The translations under genes were made by a program, and so were the position numbers. Below, piece by piece: positions 35,404-48,112 of a stretch of DNA of 64,000 bases. Origin of the DNA: Azolla caroliniana (taxonomy: Eukaryota; Plantae; Polypodiophyta); assembly GCA_043228905.1 (NCBI GenBank), contig JBHGNT010000009.1, positions 8,432,001-8,496,000 on the forward strand, written 5' to 3'. The number at the start of each line of letters is the position of its first letter. Position 1 is the first letter of the stretch. The notes beneath the pieces are model-generated. The model was not told the origin of the DNA. It worked only from the letters and a program-made list of their open reading frames with translations, and ran no database searches.

Positions 35404-38400
35404 TGTTGGGGTAATCGACGCTCCGATTAACCTTCACCACTCGGCCACAACCGAGTAAGCACAAATCAATGCAGCAGAAAATAGGAACCACAGAGAAAGA
35501 ACACGAATACACAGGGATTAACGTGGAAAACCCTAGACGGGAAAAACCACGGGAGTACAAGACTCCAAACCAAAACTATGCACAGAGAAATATACAATGG
35601 CGAGCTGCAAGGCGACGACCTTGAGCTCGCTGTCCTCGCCACAGGCGGCGGAAATACACAGAGGCGTCGACCTCTTCCTCTCTCACGCTCTATCTCTCTC
35701 TCTCACGACTGCTCTCTCTTCACTTCTCTTGAGTGGAAAAACAGAAAAATAAGAAGCAACACAAAACTGTTTGCCCTAAGTCATATTTATACACATATGA
35801 CTTTGGGGCTATTTACAACTATGGCCTCAAGGGCCCTTATCAAACATATTCACGGATATGTCCCCGCATCCGGATCTCCCTCCGGGTACATTCGTCATCG
35901 GCTCCGAAGCCGGGGTCTCCATCATCCGGTTCCGAAACCGAAACCTGGCTCGTCGGCATTCATCTCCGACATCCGACCATCCCATCCGAAAGGGACCGTA
36001 ATCCCAACAAACTCCCCCTTCACTTCGGCATGGGATGTCTTTCCAATCCGATCCTCTTCCGGCATGCTTCCAGCTTGTCGGGTGTGAGCACCTTGGTCAG
36101 CATATCCGACCCGTTCTCGTCCGTGTGGACCTTCGTCAGCACGAACTCCTTGTCTTCTATTCTTTCCCGGATCCAGTGATATCTTCGCTGGATGTGCTTC
36201 GTCCGGGAGTGATAGGCCGCGTTCTTCGCAAGGTGGATTGCACTCTGACTGTCGCAGTAGAGTCGGTACTCCTCCTGCCGGATACCGAGCTCTCTAATGA
36301 AGTCCTTCATCCATATTATTTCCTTGCCGGCTTCAACAGCCGCCATGTACTCCGCCTCCGTGGTTGACAACGCAACCGTCTTCTGCAGCCTCGACTGCCA
36401 TGAAACAGCTCCCCCTGCATACGTCATCACATACCCTGATGTGGACCGGCTGGTATTTGCATCAGCCGACATATCCAAATCGGTGAAGCCGTCGAGTTCG
36501 GGCTTACCGGAGCCGAATCGGAGGCACACGTTTGCCGTGCCCTTCAGGTAGCGGAGTATCCACTTGGCCGCGTTCCAATGCTCTTTGCCGGGATTGCTCA
36601 TGTACCGGCTCACCACTCCGACTACATATCCGATGTCCGGTCGGGTACACACCATTGCGTACATCAAGCTCCCGACGGCAGAGGCATATGGTACTTTCAT
36701 CATGTCCTCCTTCTCAACCTTCGTCTTGGGGCTCTGCTTGCTGGACAGCTTGCAGTTTGCCGGGAGTGTTGACCCGACCGGTCTTGCTTCCGACATGTTG
36801 AACCGGTGAAGCACCTTTGTCACGTACTTCTCCTGTGACAGCCATAACTGCTTCTTCTTCCGGTCCCGGATGATGTGCATCCCTAGTATTTGCCTCGCTG
36901 GACCCAGGTCCTTCATTGAGAAGGTTCGGTGAAGAGCCTTCTTCAGCATCCGTATCTTGACCTGGTCTCGTCCGACGATCAACATGTCGTCCACGTACAG
37001 GAGGAGTATTAGAAAGTCTCCTCCTTCGAACTTCTTCACAAACACGCAGTGATCCGACTGCGTTTTGTGGTAGCCTTCGTCGGTCATGAAAGAGTCGAAC
37101 TTCCGGTACCATTGCCGGGGAGCCTGCTTCAGTCCGTAGAGGCTCTTCTTCAACCGGCATACCAGGTGCTCCTTCCCTTTCTTCTCGAATCCTTCCGGTT
37201 GCTGCATGTAGATCTCTTCTTCGAGGTCGCCGTGAAGGAATGCCGTCTTCACGTCCATCTGTTCTACCTCGAGGTCCATGCTTGCCGCTATGCTCAGCAC
37301 CGTCCGGATGGAGGTCATCTTCACTACCGGGGCAAATATCTCGTCGAAATCGACGCCCTTCTTCTGCTGAAACCCCTTCACCACGATCCTGGCTTTGTAT
37401 CTCGGGGGGTTTCCGGCATCTCCCGGTTTCAGCTTGAACACCCACTTGTTTCGAAATGCCCGCTTTCCTTTCGGCAACTCCACAAGTTCATATGTGTGGT
37501 TCTCATGCAGGGAATCCATCTCGTCCTGCATGGCACTCAACCACCTGCGGCTCTGGGTGTCATGCTTTGCTTCTTCAAAGCTCTCCGGCTCCCCCTCGTC
37601 GGTTAGCAGCACGTGCTCTGGTTCTGGAAATCTCCGGGGGGCCCTTCTCTCTCTTAGAGGATATCTCCGTTCCGGAGCTTCGGTAACCGGTTCTTCCGAT
37701 TCTTCTTCATCCGAATCCATTTCGGGATCGGGGCCGGTTCCGGTATAATTTTCATCTTCTTCGGCCGGTTCTGTTTCTTCACCGTCTTCGGCCGGATCCT
37801 CGAGTGCTAACCGGTCCCTTGCCGGTCGGGACTGCTCCTCGTAGAGTTGATCCTCACCGGTCGACTTAGAGCTCTTCATCTTCTTCTCCGACTCCCAGTC
37901 GGCGAGTGTCTTGTTCTCCATGAAGATGATATCACGACTCCGGAATATCTTCTTGTCGACCGGGTCCCATACTCGGTAGCCGAACTCGTCGTCGCCGTAA
38001 CCGAGGAATATGCATGGCCGGGTCTTTGGATCTAGCTTTCCTCTCCGGTCCTTTGCCACATGCACGTATACGAGACACCCGAACACCTTCAGATGCCGGT
38101 AGGACACTTCCTTACCGGTCCACACTCTCTGTGGCGTGTCTCCATCCAGGGGTACTGAGGGTGATCTATTTATCACATATGTCGCCGTCGACATTGCCTC
38201 AGCCCAAAATCCCTTGGGTAATTTCGCATGCGCCAGCATACTCCGGACCCTCTCGATTATGGTCCGGTTCATCCTCTCGGCCAGCCCGTTCAGTTCCGGC
38301 GTCTTCGGCACAGTAAACTCGAGCCGGATTCCTTTCGAGTGGCAGTACTCCGCGAACTGCCCCCGGTATTCCCCTTCGTTATCCGCTCGTATCGCTTTCA

Positions 38401-40730
38401 GCTTCTTGCTGGATTCTCTTTCCACTCTCGCGTGGAGTTCTTTGAAGACGGACAACACTTGGTCCTTTGTCTTCAACGGTGCCGACCACAGCTTCCGGCT
38501 GTGATCATCAATGAATGTCACGAAGTACTGGGCTCCGCCATGTGACTTCGTTTCTACCTGACACACATCAGTGTGTACCAACTCCAATGGTACACTACGT
38601 CTCGTCGGTGGCCTTGAGTGGAAGGAGGTTCGGTTCTGCTTACCGGCCAGGCAATCGGTGCACTTCTCCAGGTGCACATGTTTCACTGGAATAAGGTTGT
38701 CTTCTACAAGCCTCTTCATCCCCTTCTCACTCATGTGGCACAGTCTTTTGTGCCACAGCTCACCGGCAGTGTCGGCTGCCACATTCAGCTCTTCCGGACA
38801 TAACCGGGCATTGATCAGGTACAGTGTGTTGACTTTCCGGGCCCGAGCCACTATCAGGCTCCCCTTGCTGAACTTCATTACGCCGTTCCGGATGCTACCT
38901 GTGTAGCCTTCATCGTCTAGCCTCCCGGCCGAAATCAGGTTCAATCGAACCTCCGGAACATGTCGGACATCCTTCAGCAGCATTTTGCATCCGGTCGGGG
39001 TTGTCAACCACACGTCTCCTATGCCGGCAATCCGGCACGTACCTTCATTTCCCATCCGAACACAGCCATGCTCACCTGCTGTGTAGGATGAGAAGTATCT
39101 TCTTTCCGGGGTCAGGTGGAACGACGCTCCGGAATCGACCACCCAGGTCGTCTCATCGCCGGCAATGTTTAGTTCACCTTCTTCGGTGATGAGCATGATT
39201 TCTTCCTCACTTGCCGCGAGTGCCGTCGTTCCTTTCCTGTCCTGCCCTCACCGATCCGGACCTCTCCGGTCCGTGGCTCCCCGGTATGCACCGTTTCTCT
39301 CCGGTGACTTCTTCGAATCGGTGTCGTCGGCTCCGTTGTCCTTTCGGTAATGCCGACAATTCTTCCGGAAGTGCCCCGGCTTCCCACAGTGGAAGCATGT
39401 GGGTCTTCCTCTTGACTGCGACCGGGTCCCCGACTTCTCCCGTCTTTGCGGACTCCGGTTCCATTGTCTTCCCCGTTCCGATTCGGTAAGCAGCGCCTTC
39501 GAGTCGGAGGCCGGTTCTTTATCTCTCCGACGCGCTTCTTCGTTCAAAATACTTGTCTTTACCGTTTGTAGGGACAAGTTATCTTCGGTGCAGGAGGTGC
39601 TGAGAGTCACCACCAGGTTCTCCCAGCTTTCCGGCAATGTGCACATCAGGATGATGGCTTGCATTGCATCCTCCAACGGGAACTTGATCGCCGCAAGCTG
39701 GTTCACGAATCCCATGAACGTGCTTACGTGTTCCACCATACTCTCGCCGTCCTGGTACTTGAGGTTCACTATCTTCCTCATCAGGGAGGTCCGGTTCAAC
39801 GCATTCTTCCTCTCGTAGAGGCCCGACAGCTTCCGCCACATCTCATATGCGTTGGTGTCGTTCGCCACATGTTGTAGAACGCTCACGTCTACGTATTGCC
39901 GAATGGTTGCAACGGCTTTCCGGTTCAGAAGCCTCCATTCCGACTCAAGTACCCCCTTCGGTATTTCCGACCTGTCAATCGGTCCGTACAGGTCCCGAAC
40001 AATCAGAAGATCCTCCATCTTGATCTTCCAGTCGGCATAATTCTGCGCATTCAGCACCATCATCCCCGGCTGCCCGCTGCCGCCGCCTTCCATTTTCTGC
40101 AGCAGCTCGCTCTGATACCAGTTTGTTGGGGTAATCGACGCTCCGATTAACCTTCACCACTCGGCCACAACCGAGTAAGCACAAATCAATGCAGCAGAAA
40201 ATAGGAACCACAGAGAAAGAACACGAATACACAGGGATTAACGTGGAAAACCCTAGACGGGAAAAACCACGGGAGTACAAGACTCCAAACCAAAACTATG
40301 CACAGAGAAATATACAATGGCGAGCTGCAAGGCGACGACCTTGAGCTCGCTATCCTCGCCACAGGCGGCGGAAATACACAGAGGCGTCGACCTCTTCCTC
40401 TCTCACGCTCTATCTCTCTCTCTCACGGCTGCTCTCTCTTCACTTCTCTTGAGTGGAAAAACAGAAAAATAAGAAGCAACACAAAACTGTTTGCCCTAAG
40501 TCATATTTATACACATATGACTTTGGGGCTATTTACAACTATGGCCTCAAGGGCCCTTAGCAAACATATTCACGGATATGTCCCCGCATCCGGATCTCCC
40601 TCCGGGTACATTCGTCATCCGGCTCCGAAGCCGGGGTCTCCATCATCCGGTTCCGAAACCGAAACCTGGCTCGTCGGCATTCATCTCCGACATCCGACCA
40701 TCCCATCCGAAAGGGACCGTAATCCCAACA
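35404..40730 (-). mobile_element. Full-length Tork/Tnt1-like Copia element F (LTRs 35404-36009 and 40124-40730)
   Basis: TSD ATTTC; iMet PBS at 40109-40120; PPT next to 36010; LTRs differ by about 3 substitutions and 1 indel. Confidence 0.97.
36020..40093 (-). CDS. gag-pol polyprotein of F with one in-frame TGA (39248-39250) between gag and protease
   Basis: gag 281 aa with CFHCGKPGHFRKNC; in-frame 1058-aa PR-IN-RT-RH ORF (DSGAS, HTD, YVDD). Confidence 0.9.
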
Positions 40731-42686
40731 ATTTCATCTCACTTCTATCATGATACAAATGCTAGTATAAGCATATGATCAAGTAGATGCTGTCAGATAT
40801 GAAACAAGTAGAACAATAAATATCAGCGATGCAACATAAAAGGAGGTATGGCATAATTCCACTTCAAACAAGAAGTTGTATCTGAAAATGAGTGAAGTTC
40901 GTAGCATCGATTCTTAAAGGTGACTTGTGTTTGCCATAGAACATCACCTGAACCCTATAGATAATCATATAGACCACGTAGTGTGTGAACAAATAACATC
41001 CAGAAGTCAATAAGCATAGTGCGTAGATGTATGTGAACATTGGCAAAAACAAAATCACATCTTGCTTTCCATATTATCCAAAGAGCCAACAACGTAATAG
41101 TACGCCAAATAACCAGATTTTTAATTTTGAATCGACAAATTGAAGAAGGAAATGGGGTGAGAGAGAGGTGTCCATGTGAAAACGGAAAGACATGAGAAAC
41201 ATGCGTACTTTCATACCTCATAGCATCTCCATGGAGGACACCCCATAATATTGCACCCCAAGAGAAAAGTGAACATGAATAATGATGTCTAAGCAATAAA
41301 AACAACTTACTCCCAAATTCCTTGATCATTTGACATAACCAAAACACACGCAAAATAGATTTAGTGGGAGCATGTTAATAATTAAGTAATTAACAAGGGT
41401 TAATTAGGGTCTAATTATGTGAGTATTGATAAAGCAGCGGAAGATTATGTGATATGTGTGTGAGAGGAAGAGAGAGAGGTAGTTACACTTATGAATAATA
41501 ATATAAATGGGGGATGATTAACAAAAGTGTAGCTAAAGACCTTTCTCTATATTAATAAGAATCAAGTTACAAAAATACCCACAATGAGGTATATGTACAA
41601 CTCATGTGCAAGGGTGCACATGTGTGAGTAGAATATAGGTACAAGGATGTAAGTCCTATATTAAATATACTTGGTAGTGGAGGATCTAGAATGTATCTCC
41701 ACTTACATACAAGTACAAGAACCTATTTAAGGGTTTAAAAGGTCTTGAACACACTAACTAGATTCTATCTAGGTAACTACTAAGTTACATGGTTAACTAA
41801 ATGGCTAAACTAAGTTGAGCTTGATATCTCAAAACACCCCCTCAATCTCAAGGGTGATGCGTTTGATGTCATGTTTGACTTTCGGCTTTGTCCAACCTTC
41901 GACTTTCTTTGACATTTTCGTGGCAGTTTCGGTTCCTCCCCCTCAAGCCGGTGACAAAGGCTTGTGGTGTGAAATGGGTGAAGGCCGATTGCTTCCACCC
42001 ATCGTGGGTAACGAGCCACTTCTGTAGAGCTCTTGGGCTCTTGTTCGGATGCAACCTTCATTGCAAAGGCATAATGATGGGCCATATACTCGTTGTAGCC
42101 GAGCCGAGTGACGAGGTTCTTTTCTCTAGATGAGCGTCGAAGTTTTTCGCTTGCTGATGTGAGCGCCTTCTTTACTCTGGGTGTCCGCATGATGGGTACA
42201 CTAAACTCACTATCCAATGAGGGAGGTGACACATCCGAATCTCTGTTGTCAGGGTGGTTGACTTCCTTCCAACAATGAGCTCGTATGGAGTTAGCTCATG
42301 CACTCGATTAGTGGTGCATCGATCCATGAGATAGACGGTTGTGGATGCCACTTTAGCCCAATAGAAATTGGGCATGTGCTTCTTATGCTACCTCAAGTAT
42401 ATGTCGATTCTTCCTTTCGGCTACTCCATTTTGTTGGGGTGTGTGTCGGCATGAGAATTCTCTCCGGATGCCTTCACCTTGGAGGTAGGAGATAAATTTG
42501 TCGGAGAAGTACCCCTTGCCTTCACCCGATCGTAGGCATCGAATGTGCCGACCGGTTTCTTTTTCGACTTGGCTCTGAGCTTTTGGAAGTGGGAGAGCAC
42601 TTCGATCTTCTTCATCATTGGGAAGATCCACATGTAGCGAGAGTAGTTGTCGATGAAGGTGGCGTAGTACCGACATCCTCCGATCG

Positions 42687-45600
42687 TGTTGAGAACTTGA
42701 CGTTCCTTATGTCCGACGCTCGGCCACAACCGAGATTCTTTTTTTACACAGAAAAACAGGTAATGAAACGCGACACAAAAGAGGAGAACTGGTACACAGG
42801 AGGTATACGTGGAAAACCCCAAAATAGGGGAAAAACCACGGCAGCCCACAAGATGCAAACTGTCACTATGCAGAAATATACAACAGTGAGATCACTGCGG
42901 CAACGACCTCGTGCTCTCAGATCTTCGCCACAGGCGGCGGTTACAACAGAGGCAACGACCTCGTCTCTCTCTCTCTCTCTCTGTGTACAGTTACGCGCTC
43001 TGATTTCTTCTTGCACCAACAACAAACGAATAACAACAAGAATGACAACTCATAACTAAAAGTTTGCCCTAAGTCATATTTATACTAATATGACTTTTCG
43101 GCTATTTACAAATGTAGCCTCGATGGGCTCCATCCGGCTCTCCACAGTCGGGTACTCCTCATCCGGTTCATACCGGGCCTACACCATCCGACTCTCCGCA
43201 GTCGGGTACTCCTCATCCGGTTCATACCGGGCCTACACCATCCGACTCTCCGCAGTCGGGTACTCCTCATCCGGTTCTCCGTTTCGGCCTCGGCCGAGTT
43301 TGTTCGTCGGCACTGTTCTTCTCCCTTCCCATCCGGACGGACCTGTCTACCAACAAACTCCCCCTTCACTCCGACATGGGGTGTCTTTCCAGCCCGATCC
43401 TCTTCCGGCATGCGTCCAGCTTGTCGGGTGTCAGCACTTTGGTCAGCATATTTGACCCGTTCTCGGCCGTGTGGATCTTCGCCAATGCGAACTCCTGGTC
43501 ATCTACCCTTTCCCGGATCCAGTGATACCTCCGCTGGATATGCTTCGTTCGGGAATGGTAGGCCGCATTCTTAGTAAGGTGGATGGCACTTTCACTGTCG
43601 CAGTAGAGTCGGTATTCCTCTTGCCGGATACCGAGCTCCCCGATGAAGTCCTTCATCCATAATATTTCCTTGCCGGCTTCCACAACCGCCATGTACTCCG
43701 CCTCTGTGGTTGACAATGCAACCGTCTTCTGCAGCCTCGACTGCCACGAGACAACTCCCCCTGCATATGTCATCACATACCCGGATGTAGACCGGCTGGT
43801 ATCCACATCAGCCGACATGTCCGAATCGGTGAAACCGTCCAGTTGAGGTTTTCCGGTGCCGAATCGGAGACACATATTTGAAGTGCCCTTCAAATACCGG
43901 AGTATCCATTTGACCGCGTTCCAATGCTCCTTGCCGGGATTACTCATGAACCGGCTCACCACTCCGACTGCGTATCCAATGTCCGGTCGGGTACAAACCA
44001 TTGCGTACATCAAGCTCCCGACGGCAGAGGCATATGGAATCTTCATCATATCTACCTTCTCTCCTTTTGTCTTTGGGCTTTGCTTGCCAGACAACTTGCA
44101 GTTTTCCGGTAGTGTCGATCTGACCGGTTTTGCATCTGACATGTTGAACCGGTGAAGCACCTTTGTCACATACTTCTCCTGTGACAGCCATAGTTGCTTC
44201 ACTGATCGGTCCCGAATGATGTGCATCCCCAACATCTGTCTTGCCGGACCCAGGTCTTTCATTGAGAAGGTCCGGTTGAGAGCCTTCTTCAGCATCCATA
44301 TTTTGCCTTGGTCTCGTCCGACGATCAACATGTCATCCACGTACAGGAGGAGTATCAGGAAGTCCCCTCCTTCGAACTTCTTCACAAACACGCAGTGATC
44401 GGCCTGCGTCTTGTGGTACCCTTGATCGGTCATGAAGGAGTCGAACTTCCGATACCATTGCCGGGGAGCCTGCTTCAGTCCGTACAGGCTCTTCTTCAAC
44501 CGGCATACCAGGTGCTCCTTCCCTTTCTCCACAAATCCTTCCGGTTGCTGCATGTAGATTTCCTCTTCGAGGTCACCGTGGAGGAATGCCGTCTTCACGT
44601 CCAGCTGCTCTACCTCGAGATCCATGCTTGCTGCTATACTCAGCACCGTCCGGATGGAGGTCATCTTTACTACCGGGGCGAATATTTCGTCGAAGTCCAC
44701 GCCCTTCTTCTGCTGGAACCCCTTCACCACGATCCTGGCTTTGTATCTCGGGGGGTTGTCGGCATCTCCCGGTGTTAACTTGAACACCCACTTGTTTCGG
44801 AGTGCCCGCTTTTCTTTCGGCAACTCCACCAATTCGTACGTATGGTTCTCATGCAGGGAATCCATCTCATCCTGCATGGCACTTAACCATTTTCGGCTGT
44901 GGGTGTCTTCCTTCGCTTCTTCGAAGCTTTCCGGCTCCCCCTCATCGGTTAGCAGGACATTCTCTGCATCCGGAAATCTCCGGGGCGCCCTTCTCTCTCT
45001 GAGAGGATATCTACGTCTTCGGGCTTCGGTAATCGGTTCCTCCATTTGCTCTTCATCCGAATCCGATTCGGGATCTTGACCGGTTCCGGTCTCAGCTTCC
45101 TCTACTTCTTCTTCTGCCGGTTCGGTATCCTCACCGTAACCGGCTGGTTCCTCGAGTGCTAACCGGTCTCCTGCCAGTTGGGTCTGCTCATTGTAGAGTC
45201 TATCCTTACCGGTCGACTCGGAGTTCACTATCTTCTTCTCCGACTCCCAGTCGGCGAGCGTCTTGTCCTCCATGAAGATAATATCTCGACTCCGGAATAC
45301 CTTCTTGTCGACCGGGTCCCACACTCGGTAGCCGAACTCATCGTCACCGTAACCGAGGAATATGCATGGCCGGGTCTTTGGATCTAGCTTTCCTCTCCGG
45401 TCCTTTGCTACATGCACGTACGCGAGACACCCGAACACCCTTAGATGCCGGTAGGACACTTCCTTACCGGTCCATACTCTCTGTGGCGTGTCTCCGTCCA
45501 GGGGTACTGAGGGTGATCTGTTTATCACATATGTCGCCGTCGATAGTGCCTCAGCCCAAAACTTCTTGGGTAGTTTTGCATGCGCTAGCATACTCCGGAC

Positions 45601-48112
45601 CCTCTCCATTATGGTCCGGTTCATCCTCTCGGCCAGTCCGTTTAGCTCCGACGTCTTCGGCACGGTAAATTCGAGCCGGATTCCCTTCGAGCGGCAGTAC
45701 TCCTCGAACTGCCCCCGGTACTCACCTCCGTTATCTGCTCGAACCGCCTTCAGCTTCCGGCCGGTTTCTCTTTCCACTCTCGCGTGGAGCTCTTTGAAGA
45801 CGGATAACACCTGATCCTTCGTCTTCAGCGGTGTGGCCCACAGCTTCCGGCTGTGGTCATCTATGAACGTCACGAAGTACTGCGCTCCGGCATGTGACTT
45901 CGTGTCTACTTGACAAACATCCGTATGCACCAACTCCAGTGGTGCATTACGTCTCATCGGTGGCCTTGGTCGGAAGGAGGTCCGGTTCTGCTTACCGGCC
46001 AGACAATCAATGCACTTCTCTAAGTGCACGTTCTTCACTGGAATGAGGTTGTCGTCTCCAAGCCTCTTCATCCCCTTCTCACTCATGTGACATAGCCTCT
46101 TGTGCCACAGCTCACCGGCAGTGTCGGAAGCCACGTTCACTTCTTCCGGACATAACCGGGCATTCATCAGGTACAGTGTGTTTACCTTCCGGGCCCGAGC
46201 CACAATCAGGCTCCCTTTGCTGAACTTTATGACACCGTTCCGGATGCTACCCGTGTAGCCTTCATCATCTAGCCGACCGGCTGATATCAGGTTCAGACGA
46301 ACTTCTGGAACATGTCGGACATCTTTCAACAACAACTTGCATCCGGTTGGTGTTGTCAGCCACACGTCTCCTATGCCGACAATTCGGCATGTTCCTTCAT
46401 TCCCCATCCGGACACAGCCGTGATCACCGGCTGAGTAGGATGAGAAGCATTTCCGGTCCGGGGTAAGGTGGAACGACGCTCCGGAATCTACCACCCAGGT
46501 AATCTCATCGCCGGCATGGTTTATCTCACTCTCCTCGGTGATGAGCATCAACTCCTCTTCACTTGCCGCAATTGCCGTCGTTCCCTTCCGGTCTGGCCCC
46601 CTCCGGTCTTTACCGTTCCGGTTCGGGGTTTGCTTCGAATCGGTACCGTCGGTTTCCTTGTCTTTACGGAAATGCCGACAGTTCTTTTGGAAGTGTCCCG
46701 GCTTGCCGCAATAGAAGCAAGTAGGCCTCCCCCTTGACTTTGATCGTGTCCCCGACTTCTCCCGGTTCTGGGGACTACGGTTTCTATGTCTTCCGCGTTC
46801 CGATTCGGTAAGGAGCGCTTTGGAGTCGGAGCTCGTATCTTTGTCTTTCCGACGAGCCTCCTCATCTAGCAAGCTCGACTTTACTCTTGCTAGGGATAGC
46901 CGTTTTCCTTCCAGCCCGGCGTTGCCCAAAGTAACAACCAACGTCTCCCAGCTATCCGGGAGGGAGCCGAGCAGGAGTAGTGCTAGGACCTCATCGGCAA
47001 GAGGTACTTCCAATGACGTTGCCTGGTGAATCAGCCCCTGGAAGGCATTCATATGCTCCGCCATGCTGGAGCCATCTTGGTACCGGAGTCTTACAAGCTT
47101 CCGGAATACCGACACCTGATTGACAGCATTTTTGTTCTGGAACATCATGCCGATCTTCTCCCAGAGCTCATGAGCCTTGCTCTCTTCATTGAAGTTGTTG
47201 TACAGGCTCATGTCGATGAAGCACCGAATGTACGCCGTTGTCTTCATGTGCATCACCTCCCATATCGCGGCGTCGATTTTGTCCGGTCTCTTGTCCCCGA
47301 ACTGAACCGGCAGCCAGAGGTCTTTAACCACGAGCATGTCCCTCATCTTCGACTTCCACACTGAATAGTTGGAGCTGGTGAGCTTGAACATGCCGCCAAA
47401 CGATTCGTCCATTTTCTGTGTCGATTTCGCTCTGATACCACTTGTTGAGAACTTGACGTTCCTTATGTCCGACGCTCGGCCACAACCGAGATTCTTTTCT
47501 TACACAGAAAAACAGGTAATGAAACGCGACACAAAAGAGGAGAACTGGTACATAGGAGGTATACGTGGAAAACCCCAAAATAGGGGAAAAACCACGACAG
47601 CCCACAAGCTGCAAACTGTCACTATGCAGAAATATACAACAGTGAGATCACTGAGGCAACGACCTCGTGCTCTCAGATCTTCGCCACAGGCGGCGGTTAC
47701 AACAGAGGCAACGACCTCGTCTCTCTCTCTCTCTCTCTCTCTCTGTACAGTTACGCGCTCTGATTTCTTCTTGCACCAACAACAAACGAATAACAACAAG
47801 AATGACAACTCATAACTAAAAGTTTGCCCTAAGTCATATTTATACTAATATGACTTTTCGGCTATTTACAAATGTAGCCTCGATGGGCTCCATCCGGCTC
47901 TCCACAGTCAGGTACTCCTCATCCGGTTCATACCGGGCCTACACCATCCGACTCTCCGCAGTCGGGTACTCATCCGGTTCATACCGGGCCTACACCATCT
48001 GACTCTCCGCAGTCGGGTACTCCTCATCCGGTTCTCCGTTTCGGCCTCGGCCGAGTTTGTTCGTCGGCACTATTCTTCTCCCTTCCCATCCGGAGGGACC
48101 TGTCTACCAACA
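42687..48112 (-). mobile_element. Full-length Tork/Tnt1-like Copia element G (LTRs 42687-43355 and 47443-48112)
   Basis: TSD GATCG; iMet PBS at 47429-47440; PPT; LTRs carry 2-3 copies of the 54-bp unit. Confidence 0.97.
43366..47412 (-). CDS. Uninterrupted Copia gag-pol polyprotein, 1348 aa
   Basis: Zinc knuckle CFYCGKPGHFQKNC, protease DSGAS, integrase HTD...DNGGEY...AER, RT YVDD, RNase H. Confidence 0.96.
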   Translation of the reverse strand: MDESFGGMFKLTSSNYSVWKSKMRDMLVVKDLWLPVQFGDKRPDKIDAAIWEVMHMKTTAYIRCFIDMSLYNNFNEESKAHELWEKIGMMFQNKNAVNQVSVFRKLVRLRYQDGSSMAEHMNAFQGLIHQATSLEVPLADEVLALLLLGSLPDSWETLVVTLGNAGLEGKRLSLARVKSSLLDEEARRKDKDTSSDSKALLTESERGRHRNRSPQNREKSGTRSKSRGRPTCFYCGKPGHFQKNCRHFRKDKETDGTDSKQTPNRNGKDRRGPDRKGTTAIAASEEELMLITEESEINHAGDEITWVVDSGASFHLTPDRKCFSSYSAGDHGCVRMGNEGTCRIVGIGDVWLTTPTGCKLLLKDVRHVPEVRLNLISAGRLDDEGYTGSIRNGVIKFSKGSLIVARARKVNTLYLMNARLCPEEVNVASDTAGELWHKRLCHMSEKGMKRLGDDNLIPVKNVHLEKCIDCLAGKQNRTSFRPRPPMRRNAPLELVHTDVCQVDTKSHAGAQYFVTFIDDHSRKLWATPLKTKDQVLSVFKELHARVERETGRKLKAVRADNGGEYRGQFEEYCRSKGIRLEFTVPKTSELNGLAERMNRTIMERVRSMLAHAKLPKKFWAEALSTATYVINRSPSVPLDGDTPQRVWTGKEVSYRHLRVFGCLAYVHVAKDRRGKLDPKTRPCIFLGYGDDEFGYRVWDPVDKKVFRSRDIIFMEDKTLADWESEKKIVNSESTGKDRLYNEQTQLAGDRLALEEPAGYGEDTEPAEEEVEEAETGTGQDPESDSDEEQMEEPITEARRRRYPLRERRAPRRFPDAENVLLTDEGEPESFEEAKEDTHSRKWLSAMQDEMDSLHENHTYELVELPKEKRALRNKWVFKLTPGDADNPPRYKARIVVKGFQQKKGVDFDEIFAPVVKMTSIRTVLSIAASMDLEVEQLDVKTAFLHGDLEEEIYMQQPEGFVEKGKEHLVCRLKKSLYGLKQAPRQWYRKFDSFMTDQGYHKTQADHCVFVKKFEGGDFLILLLYVDDMLIVGRDQGKIWMLKKALNRTFSMKDLGPARQMLGMHIIRDRSVKQLWLSQEKYVTKVLHRFNMSDAKPVRSTLPENCKLSGKQSPKTKGEKVDMMKIPYASAVGSLMYAMVCTRPDIGYAVGVVSRFMSNPGKEHWNAVKWILRYLKGTSNMCLRFGTGKPQLDGFTDSDMSADVDTSRSTSGYVMTYAGGVVSWQSRLQKTVALSTTEAEYMAVVEAGKEILWMKDFIGELGIRQEEYRLYCDSESAIHLTKNAAYHSRTKHIQRRYHWIRERVDDQEFALAKIHTAENGSNMLTKVLTPDKLDACRKRIGLERHPMSE

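Noticed and set aside
35312-36179. ORFs repeated at 39975-40778 (and similarly in the G and J LTRs)
   Set aside because: They are duplicated only because they lie in paired LTRs; no coding evidence.
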